A stretch of DNA of 32,000 nucleotides from Candidatus Saccharimonadota bacterium (GCA_000503915.1 CP006915.1:150001-182000); one strand, 5' to 3'; counted from the first letter of the stretch, positions 18,047-24,162 are shown. The notes: generated by a model from the sequence alone, not told the origin. Program-made: numbers and translations.

Positions 18047-18079
18047 GAAAAATGACCTGCGATCCGCAGGTCATTTTTC
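18047..18079 (-). terminator. Strong hairpin terminator closing the tRNA locus (bidirectional in form)
   Basis: GAAAAATGACCTGCG-GAT-CGCAGGTCATTTTTC forms a 15-bp perfect stem with U-runs on both strands. It starts 2 nt after the outer tRNA-like CCA. Confidence 0.85.
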
Positions 18080-18081
18080 TA

Positions 18082-18101
18082 TGGAGGGTTCAGTGGGGCT
18101 T
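18082..18101 (-). other. 3' piece of the outer tRNA-Lys-like gene (end of T-loop, T-stem, acceptor 3' strand, discriminator, CCA)
   Basis: Minus strand AAGCCCCACTGAACCCTCCA matches the last 20 nt of the intact tRNA-Lys at 19/20. The one difference (G to A) restores pairing with GGGTTCA at 18358-18364. Confidence 0.75.
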
Positions 18102-18107
18102 GGCTTT

Positions 18108-18127
18108 ATTCGATCCTAAACTTTGGA
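18108..18127. repeat. Inverted-repeat arm flanking tRNA-Lys (trailer; includes discriminator + CCA)
   Basis: Plus strand attcgatcctaaactttgga versus the reverse complement of 18202-18221, attcgataataaactttgga: 18/20 identical. Confidence 0.9.
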
Positions 18128-18200
18128 GGGTCCAGTGGGGCTTGAACCCACGACACCCTGCTTAAAAGGCAGGTGCTCTAACCAGCTGAGCTATGGACCC
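18124..18200 (-). tRNA. tRNA-Lys (anticodon UUU), CCA encoded
   Basis: Hand-folded cloverleaf GGGTCCA-TA-GCTC-AGCTGGTTA-GAGC-A-CCTGC-CTTTTAA-GCAGG-GTGTC-GTGGG-TTCAAGC-CCCAC-TGGACCC-T-CCA. All four stems are perfect. Confidence 0.93.
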
Positions 18201-18201
18201 G

Positions 18202-18221
18202 TCCAAAGTTTATTATCGAAT
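18202..18221. repeat. Inverted-repeat arm flanking tRNA-Lys (leader)
   Basis: Pairs with 18108-18127. Together with the acceptor stem it gives a quasi-continuous helix of about 27 bp with one bulged C (18201). Confidence 0.9.
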
Positions 18222-18227
18222 TTTTAA

Positions 18228-18364
18228 TGAACCTACGACTCTCAGAAGTCCACTGGACTTCTTCGCCCTGCTTAAAAGGCAGGTGCCCCCTATCTGTCTG
18301 ACAGGACGGGCAGGTCTAACCAGCTGCCTGCCCGCCTTGCACGGCAGGCGGGAGCTATGAACCC
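18228..18364 (-). pseudogene. 5' part of the outer tRNA-Lys-like gene (acceptor 5' strand through mid T-loop) with three hairpin insertions
   Basis: Minus strand reads GGGTTCATAGCTC-[26 nt]-CAGCTGGTTAGA-[28 nt]-GCACCTGCCTTTTAAGCAGGG-[26 nt]-GTCGTAGGTTCA. The conserved blocks are identical or nearly identical to tRNA-Lys 18124-18200 and collinear with it. Whether it is a dead gene or a functional RNA is unknown. Confidence 0.7.
18327..18352. repeat. 26-nt GC-rich hairpin element, copy 1 (inside the D-loop of the outer tRNA-like gene)
   Basis: Plus strand CCTGCCCGCC-TTGCAC-GGCAGGCGGG. Its inverted partner is 18635-18660 (23/26). A partial third copy, GGACGGGCAGG, lies at 18304-18314. Confidence 0.85.
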
Positions 18365-18603
18365 GTAATACGTTTCTGCAAAGCATCTCTTGCAGTGCCA
18401 CTGCGTTTTACAGTATGTTCACGTTTTATAGCAAGCTCTTTGGAATTATACGCTTCGTAGTAGATTAGTTCAAGAGGTCGCCTCTGTTTTGTAGCGGGAA
18501 CCTGTCCAGTGTTATGGAGCTCAAATCGCCTTCTAAGATCCGTCGTTTGTCCGTAATACAATTTACTATCTTTTTGTGAGCGTAAAACGTAAAAATAATA
18601 CAT
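18355..18603 (-). CDS. GIY-YIG nuclease family protein (small, UPF0213/YhbQ-like)
   Basis: 82 aa with YYFYVLRS...LYYGQTTDLRRRFELHN...YYEAY, which supply the GIY / YIG / Arg / Glu motifs. The last codons and the TAG stop lie inside the tRNA-like GGGTTCATAGCTC. Confidence 0.8.
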   Translation of the reverse strand: MYYFYVLRSQKDSKLYYGQTTDLRRRFELHNTGQVPATKQRRPLELIYYEAYNSKELAIKREHTVKRSGTARDALQKRITGS

Positions 18604-18634
18604 AACTTACACTATATTCTACACGAGAGGTAGG

Positions 18635-18660
18635 CCCGCCTGCCACGCATGGCGGGCAGG
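18635..18660. repeat. 26-nt GC-rich hairpin element, copy 2 (directly after the stop of the 18661-19146 gene)
   Basis: Plus strand CCCGCCTGCC-ACGCAT-GGCGGGCAGG. It folds as a 6+3 bp stem with one bulge, and no U-run follows it on the minus strand. Confidence 0.85.
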
Positions 18661-19146
18661 TCAATGTTTGCTGCTGCGCGGATAGCGTCGGCCGGTGTGC
18701 GTCGCCACGAGATCGAGCACCGCCAGGATAAGACCAATGGTCACGATATAGACCTGGTTTTCAGCAAAGAAATCATAGATAACTTTACCTTGCCCCTGTA
18801 ACACAAGTGCCGAACCAAGTGGCTCGATCAAAAGTGCGAAGGCAAGCGCTGCAAATAGGGTTGCTCCTACTAGACGTAGTGGTGCTTCTCGGTAACTTGG
18901 CCCGCTAAATAACAGAACTATTGCCGGCAGCAACACTAATGCCACTGATACGATAGTGATTAGCGGAGGACGGGCGACAGAAAGCCCAGCTTCTGCAACA
19001 AGCGGTGTCAACTTGTCCGCCCAAAGTTCACTGAGCATCGAGCCGGCCGCAAGAGCGAGGCCAAGCGCCCCGAATTTCCGCTTAGTGAAATACGCGAGTC
19101 CAAAAAGTAGTGCCAAGACGACAACGAAGACGATTGCAACGTTCAT
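18661..19146 (-). CDS. Integral membrane protein, four predicted TM helices, unknown function
   Basis: 161 aa and highly hydrophobic. ATG 19146 lies directly behind TGcTATACTaaaggc. Confidence 0.6.
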   Translation of the reverse strand: MNVAIVFVVVLALLFGLAYFTKRKFGALGLALAAGSMLSELWADKLTPLVAEAGLSVARPPLITIVSVALVLLPAIVLLFSGPSYREAPLRLVGATLFAALAFALLIEPLGSALVLQGQGKVIYDFFAENQVYIVTIGLILAVLDLVATHTGRRYPRSSKH

Positions 19147-19152
19147 GCCTTT

Positions 19153-19161
19153 AGTATAGCA
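19153..19161 (-). promoter_or_regulatory. Extended -10 TGcTATACT 6 nt upstream of ATG 19146 (leaderless-type)
   Basis: Minus strand reads acTGcTATACTaaaggcATG. Confidence 0.5.
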
Positions 19162-19185
19162 GTATGGCCGATAAAACGCGGTAGC

Positions 19186-20091
19186 CTATGCGCCGATTTT
19201 GTCTTTTTTCGGACGGCGTTTGGCATTTTGCTCGATATACTCGATGATCTTCTCGGCTACATTGCGCTTAGTAATAAGCTCGGGGGTCTTAATGCTTGCA
19301 CTCGAGTTTACTTCGAGCACCAGCGGACCACGTTCCGAGCGCATCATGTCGACGCCACAGATAGGCAGACCCATGGCCTTCGCAGCCTTCAGAGCTGTCT
19401 TTCGCTCTTCTTCGGTCAGCTTCACCGGCACGCCTTCACCACCTTGGTGAGTGTTGCTACGAAAATCGCCGTCCAGGCTTTGGCGCTTGACGCTCGCGAC
19501 CACGCGGCCACCAACGACTAATGCACGGATATCGGTACCGGCTGATTCTTTGATAAATTCTTGCACCAAAAAATTCACGCCTTCGACATAGAAAGCCTGC
19601 ATTACGGCCTTGGCTGCCTTCGGGGTTTCAGCTAGTACTACACCGTTACCGTGAGTACCGCGTGCTACCTTAATAATCAGCGGTGTACCGCCGGCAAGCT
19701 CGATAATGTCATCGAAACTAGCTGACTCACGGGCAAAAACGGTCTTTGGAATGCCGACTCCCGCTTTTGCCAGCACCTGATAAGCACGGAGTTTATCGCG
19801 TGAACGATTAATCGCCAGTGATGTCGCCGTCGTGAACGACCCTTGCGCCTCAAATTGGCGCACAATCGCGGTACCGTATTTGGTGTAGCTCTGAGCAATC
19901 CGTGGTATTATTGCATCAAAATGGCCGAGGCTCTCACCTTTGTAGCGCACTACTGAGTTATTTTTTTCAATTGCCGTATAGGCATCCTTATACTTGATGA
20001 TCTTGACTTCGTGGCCTCGCTTCACCACCTCCTCTTTGAGACGCTTGGTGGTGTAGTTTCCTGGTCCATTGCTTAAAATCGCGATTTTCAT
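19186..20091 (-). CDS. rimK: Ribosomal protein S6--L-glutamate ligase RimK (ATP-grasp)
   Basis: 301 aa, collinear with E. coli RimK from memory (MKIAILS...HFDAIIPRI...GTHGNGVVLAE...DIRALVVGG...GDFRSNTHQGG...GVDMMRSERGPLVLEVN). Confidence 0.92.
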   Translation of the reverse strand: MKIAILSNGPGNYTTKRLKEEVVKRGHEVKIIKYKDAYTAIEKNNSVVRYKGESLGHFDAIIPRIAQSYTKYGTAIVRQFEAQGSFTTATSLAINRSRDKLRAYQVLAKAGVGIPKTVFARESASFDDIIELAGGTPLIIKVARGTHGNGVVLAETPKAAKAVMQAFYVEGVNFLVQEFIKESAGTDIRALVVGGRVVASVKRQSLDGDFRSNTHQGGEGVPVKLTEEERKTALKAAKAMGLPICGVDMMRSERGPLVLEVNSSASIKTPELITKRNVAEKIIEYIEQNAKRRPKKDKIGA

Positions 20092-20568
20092 TTATTCGTT
20101 CTCCAGTTCAGATTGTAATTCTTCAAACCGCACTTGATCATTCACCGATAATTTCTTCGAGCCATGCTGCACATCAACAATGAACTTACCAGCTAATGTA
20201 TTACGTCCAATTAAAATCGGAAACGCTTGGGTTTGACGATTCGCTAACGTACATTTTGTACGAACTCTTCTTCCCTTTAATTGTAACGTAATAGGAATCA
20301 AATAACGAACTTCTTTGTGTCCAGTTGAGTTTGCAACAACACGTTTTTTATAGCTTTTACTATGAAATAATTGTCCTGTGTAGAATGGCGAGTCTTTACC
20401 AAAAAACGACCATGATAAAATGCCATCTTCTTCAGATAGACTGCTCGCCCATATAGCTGTAGTTCGTGCACCGGTGTCAATGCGTGCTGGCACCTTCTTT
20501 TGATTTGTTGGCACAATCCAAACGTATTCTAGGCGACCAATGATTAATTTAGATTTTTGCTTGCTCAC
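20092..20568 (-). CDS. Retropepsin-like aspartic peptidase, DUF785 / RimB-like (historically annotated 'putative ATP-dependent zinc protease')
   Basis: 158 aa with GTG start. The DTGA motif (ARIDTGARTT) lies at aa 31-34. The stop abuts the rimK start with 0 nt gap. Confidence 0.65.
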   Translation of the reverse strand: MSKQKSKLIIGRLEYVWIVPTNQKKVPARIDTGARTTAIWASSLSEEDGILSWSFFGKDSPFYTGQLFHSKSYKKRVVANSTGHKEVRYLIPITLQLKGRRVRTKCTLANRQTQAFPILIGRNTLAGKFIVDVQHGSKKLSVNDQVRFEELQSELENE

Positions 20569-21454
20569 CGATCAATTCCTTCAGCATTTCCGCATACTTT
20601 TCTAGCTTCTCTTCCATAAATGAACCTGATGAAACTTGTGGAGCTTGATTTACCTCTAAAATATACGGTGTCTGCGTCTTTGCATCCAAAATAATGTCAA
20701 CGCCAGCCACTTCCAGCTTTTCTATTCTACTTGCCTCTACACACATATTGAGGAGCTTCTGGTCAAATGATGATAAGTCAATCAGCTCCGCCGTGCCGCC
20801 TTTTGAGGTATTGTTTAGATATTCACCCTGTCCGGCGGTTCGCTTAATCACTAATACGGGTCTAAAATTAAATACGAGCACTCGATAATCGCCTTTATTC
20901 GGGATGAGTTCTTGCAACACAAACTTCGTGTTGTCATGCTTTGCCAGAATATCCTGTAGCTCTGCCCGCGAGCTTACGGCATAGTTCTTCTCACCCTTAA
21001 ATCCATGGTTGTCTTTGACAACTGCCTTTGGTGCAAATTCATCAAAACGCCGAATCATCTCATCGTGATTACCAAATAACGTGTGAGGCACAGGAAGGTT
21101 AACCGACCAGTGAAGGAAAGATGCACTCATCTTATCAAGTGTTGGGCGATTTAAGTACGAGTCTATATACTTTACCCCCTTCTTTTCGCAATATATCGTA
21201 ATTGCTCGGGCTTCTTCGATGAAAGTACTGACATGGCGAAATACGACCAAGTCAAAATCTGCTACATCAAAAAGTTTAGTAGGGTGATAAATTCGTGCAC
21301 TATCAGTAGACACATCAAAAAAAAGCTCGTCAATATCGCTGCATTCCACCTCTATAGCATCATGCAGTTGCTCCGCCAGACGTTTGGCAAATGTAAATGA
21401 CTTTGCGTCATTACTCCTGTCTCTGTTGTGATGGAGCAATAGGGTTTTCTTCAT
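20549..21454 (-). CDS. Second ATP-grasp ligase, RimK-related
   Basis: 301 aa. The C-terminal half has ATP-grasp motifs (KGDYRVLVF, SKGGTAELIDL, AGVDIILD...YILEVNQAPQ). Its end overlaps the next gene by 20 nt. Confidence 0.68.
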   Translation of the reverse strand: MKKTLLLHHNRDRSNDAKSFTFAKRLAEQLHDAIEVECSDIDELFFDVSTDSARIYHPTKLFDVADFDLVVFRHVSTFIEEARAITIYCEKKGVKYIDSYLNRPTLDKMSASFLHWSVNLPVPHTLFGNHDEMIRRFDEFAPKAVVKDNHGFKGEKNYAVSSRAELQDILAKHDNTKFVLQELIPNKGDYRVLVFNFRPVLVIKRTAGQGEYLNNTSKGGTAELIDLSSFDQKLLNMCVEASRIEKLEVAGVDIILDAKTQTPYILEVNQAPQVSSGSFMEEKLEKYAEMLKELIGEQAKI

Positions 21455-21460
21455 ACGTTT

Positions 21461-21469
21461 ATTATAACA
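21461..21469 (-). promoter_or_regulatory. Extended -10 TGtTATAAT 6 nt upstream of ATG 21454 (leaderless-type)
   Basis: Minus strand reads aaaaaTGtTATAATaaacgtATG. Confidence 0.55.
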
Positions 21470-21499
21470 TTTTTTGCATTAATATTCAATGGTCTACCT

Positions 21500-22879
21500 T
21501 TATACACGTAGTGATATGTCTTTGAAAAGCTCTGCAGCTTCAGGATCCATCGGGTTAAACTGCGCGGAAAGAACCCAGCGCAGCTTTTCTCGCCGTTGCT
21601 CTTCCGGTAAGGCCTTTATGCTATTAAGCCAGCTTTTCGACAGCTGATCGCCATCACTATATGACTTGTCGCGGGCATCGACTGCATTCCCTCGAGTTGT
21701 TCGCAACATCGTCTGATATGCTGAGACTTTTGCCTCTCGTATGTCTTTGGCTGTTTCTGCTCCCGATATCATAGCTTGTCGGGGCCACATTATCTCAAAC
21801 GTTTCTCTGAAATCACGCCGTTCACCTCCTATGTCGAGCCCAAGTTGAAGACCAAGTGATACATAGTAGGCAGATCCGGCTTGAGTATCTTTCCCAGTAA
21901 TAATTGACTCGATAGCCTTACATAGCCCCTCTTCGAAAGCAAGATTTGTTTTAGATGGTAAGCGATGGGCAGCATTTGGCTGCTCATCGGCGTTATTTGC
22001 TCTCAGGCAGTGTGTTGCTTCATGCAACGGGAGTGGTTTTAGTCGTGCCCCTGTAAACGGTGGTCTATTTCGACCTACATCTATTGTACGATGTGCATGG
22101 TTCTCCTCGGCTTGTTTGCCTTCTGTAAATCGGGAGCGCCATCCTTTTCCACTGAGAGAAACTGCATCCAGAGCATTGTCAAAGTATGGTAGTACCCTAT
22201 CTACGGGTACAGACGCGGGGATTTCTTGCGCCAAGAATTTTTCTAAACCAGGAAGTATAACGGTCAGATCACCCTTGAACATTTCCATAGTTTCTGGGTC
22301 TAGCGTCTCGAATTCAAAGTCCACGGGGACTTTAACGTCTTGTGTACGCTGAAGAAATTGCGTTGCGACTGCTCGTTTTCTTCCGGTAATTGCAGAGTTC
22401 CGAGTCCATGTACGTGCCCGCGTATAGTCTTGGGAAAAGTAGTAGGCGAACCTGTCAGGATCTAGCTGACCAAATATCTCAAAGGTTACGTCCCCTGCCT
22501 CCTGTCTCAATACTTCAGCTGAATCAATCGCCGTTTCAGCCATCATCCTACGGATCTTCTGATGACGATTGAGCTCCATGAGTTTAGATTCTATGACCTC
22601 AAAAATATGGTCTTTCTCTTCTTCAGATCCCTCCACATACTCAACATCTTCAAGGAGGTTAACAAGCGAATATATATACTGGTGCAGCGTCTCCGATTCA
22701 AGCTGAGGAAACTCCAGCCGAGGCCACCGCTGGGATGAATACATAAAATCTTCGAGTGCTTCTCGACGTAATTTAGCATCTGATACAGAGTGCTTACGTA
22801 CAGCATACGGCACATTCGATGGTATTTTTGTTATCGGAAATGTTTGATATTTATCAACAATCCCTGCGATTGTGACCAT
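21500..22879 (-). CDS. HExxH zinc metallopeptidase, DUF1704 / QEGLA-motif / MATCAP-like putative carboxypeptidase
   Basis: 459 aa. HEATH lies at aa 286-290 (codon for H286 at 22022-22024), with FEEGLC about 30 aa downstream as the gluzincin-type third ligand. The family assignment is from memory, not from a search. Confidence 0.55.
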   Translation of the reverse strand: MVTIAGIVDKYQTFPITKIPSNVPYAVRKHSVSDAKLRREALEDFMYSSQRWPRLEFPQLESETLHQYIYSLVNLLEDVEYVEGSEEEKDHIFEVIESKLMELNRHQKIRRMMAETAIDSAEVLRQEAGDVTFEIFGQLDPDRFAYYFSQDYTRARTWTRNSAITGRKRAVATQFLQRTQDVKVPVDFEFETLDPETMEMFKGDLTVILPGLEKFLAQEIPASVPVDRVLPYFDNALDAVSLSGKGWRSRFTEGKQAEENHAHRTIDVGRNRPPFTGARLKPLPLHEATHCLRANNADEQPNAAHRLPSKTNLAFEEGLCKAIESIITGKDTQAGSAYYVSLGLQLGLDIGGERRDFRETFEIMWPRQAMISGAETAKDIREAKVSAYQTMLRTTRGNAVDARDKSYSDGDQLSKSWLNSIKALPEEQRREKLRWVLSAQFNPMDPEAAELFKDISLRV

Positions 22880-22903
22880 GTACTTATACTACTACAAAGT
22901 ATT

Positions 22904-24004
22904 CTAGCCGAGGAAGCCTTTTTTTGCGCCGCCAAACTGTTTGAGTAAATCCTTCTGCTTTTTACTCAGCTTAGTCGGCGTATCAACGATAATCGAGACG
23001 ATATGGGCACCGCGGCGGTCACTACGGAGATGTGGCACACCGTGACCGGATAGCTTGAAGTCAGTTCCGCTCTGGGTACCGGCCGGGACTTTCATGCGAA
23101 CCTTGCCATCAACCGTCTCGACATCGATTTCCGTCCCGAGCGCTGCATCAATCATATCGACGTGCTCTTCACTGAGGATAAGGTCGCCTTCACGGGTGAA
23201 TTTCTTGTGTGCTTTGACGCGGAGGTGGATATACAGATCGCCGCGTGCACCGTTGGCGATCGCTTCACCGCGATCCTTCAGACGGATTGTGGCGCCGTCA
23301 TCGACTCCGGCCGGTACTTTCAGCGTAATCGTCTGCTTGCGACGCTCGGTACCCTTGCCCTGACAGACTGTACAGACCTTTTCCGGTACTTTGCCGCGGC
23401 CTTTACACGTCTCACAGGTGACGGCCTGCTGGATAGCGCCAAACATCGTGTTCATAACGCGCGTTTGCTGGCCGGCGCCGTGACAGGTCGGACAGGTTCT
23501 TAATTCATGGCCAGGCTCAACGGTTGTACCGTGACAGTGTGAGCATTCGTCGTCCATGTCAAGTGCTAGGTCGCGCTCAATGCCAAAAACCGCTTCCTCA
23601 AATGTCAGCTGAATACTAGTCTCGACGTCACGACCGCGACGCGGTCCTTGCTGTGCGTTGCCCCCACCGCCAAAGAACTGACTAAAGATATCACCGAGCC
23701 CGCCGTCACCGAAATTGAACTCGAAGCCTTGACCGCCATTGAAGCCCTCAAACGGGTTGCCACCACTGTAGCCACCGCCGCTCGCACCGCCGACACCAGC
23801 ATGGCCAAACTGATCATAGCGCTGACGCTTCTGGGCGTCTTTAAGCACCTCGTAAGCTTCGTTGATTTCTTTAAACTTTGCCTCATCACCACCTTCTTTG
23901 TCCGGGTGGTGCTTGACGGCAGCCTTTCGGAAAGCCTTTTTAATCTCATCAGCTGAGGCATCTTTAGCTACGCCAAGTACCTCATAATAATCTCTTTTAG
24001 CCAT
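22904..24004 (-). CDS. dnaJ: Molecular chaperone DnaJ (type I: J domain, G/F region, four CxxCxGxG zinc fingers)
   Basis: Sequence MAKRDYYEVLGV...HPDK, with CSHCHGTT, CPTCHGAG, CETCKGRG and CTVCQGKG. Confidence 0.97.
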   Translation of the reverse strand: MAKRDYYEVLGVAKDASADEIKKAFRKAAVKHHPDKEGGDEAKFKEINEAYEVLKDAQKRQRYDQFGHAGVGGASGGGYSGGNPFEGFNGGQGFEFNFGDGGLGDIFSQFFGGGGNAQQGPRRGRDVETSIQLTFEEAVFGIERDLALDMDDECSHCHGTTVEPGHELRTCPTCHGAGQQTRVMNTMFGAIQQAVTCETCKGRGKVPEKVCTVCQGKGTERRKQTITLKVPAGVDDGATIRLKDRGEAIANGARGDLYIHLRVKAHKKFTREGDLILSEEHVDMIDAALGTEIDVETVDGKVRMKVPAGTQSGTDFKLSGHGVPHLRSDRRGAHIVSIIVDTPTKLSKKQKDLLKQFGGAKKGFLG

Positions 24005-24116
24005 GCTGTGCCCCTAAACTCCTGCCCCTCATCAAAACCTGAGCGAAGCAGTCTGCAATCAGATTGTGAAGCATCAAGTTTTTGATGCGTGGGTCGTAGT
24101 AATCGCGTTTTGTCAT
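23997..24116 (-). CDS. Candidate leaderless upstream ORF (39 codons) overlapping the dnaJ start
   Basis: Encodes MTKRDYYDPRIKNLMLHNLIADCFAQVLMRGRSLGAQHG. The ATG lies 8 nt after the TACAAT -10 of the CIRCE promoter. The TAA stop lies 5 nt inside dnaJ. Too short for the ORF track. Confidence 0.4.
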   Translation of the reverse strand: MTKRDYYDPRIKNLMLHNLIADCFAQVLMRGRSLGAQHG

Positions 24117-24135
24117 CTGTTACTATTGTAAAAAA

Positions 24136-24162
24136 TTAGCACTCGAATTACAAGAGTGCTAA
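24136..24162 (-). promoter_or_regulatory. CIRCE (HrcA operator) upstream of dnaJ, with an embedded -35
   Basis: TTAGCACTC-N9-GAGTGCTAA is a perfect match. On the minus strand the spacer reads TTGTAATTC, giving -35 TTGTAA, then 17 nt, then -10 TACAAT (24125-24130). Confidence 0.9.

Noticed and set aside
18021-18074. 18-codon N-terminal extension of comEC in the ORF track
   Set aside because: It runs through the 15-bp terminator hairpin (18047-18079). ATG 18020 sits 6 nt after TATACT, like the other starts here.
18244-18262. Variable-loop hairpin AGAAGTCCA-G-TGGACTTCT contains GTCCA/TGGAC, the same pentamers as the inner tRNA acceptor stem; considered as a collapsed tRNA minihelix
   Set aside because: Only 5 nt are shared per arm and the flanks do not match, so it is indistinguishable from chance.
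18213-18401. 62-aa minus-strand ORF
   Set aside because: It lies on the tRNA-like sequence and its GC-rich hairpin insertions. The Arg-rich translation is most simply a by-product of structured RNA/repeat sequence.
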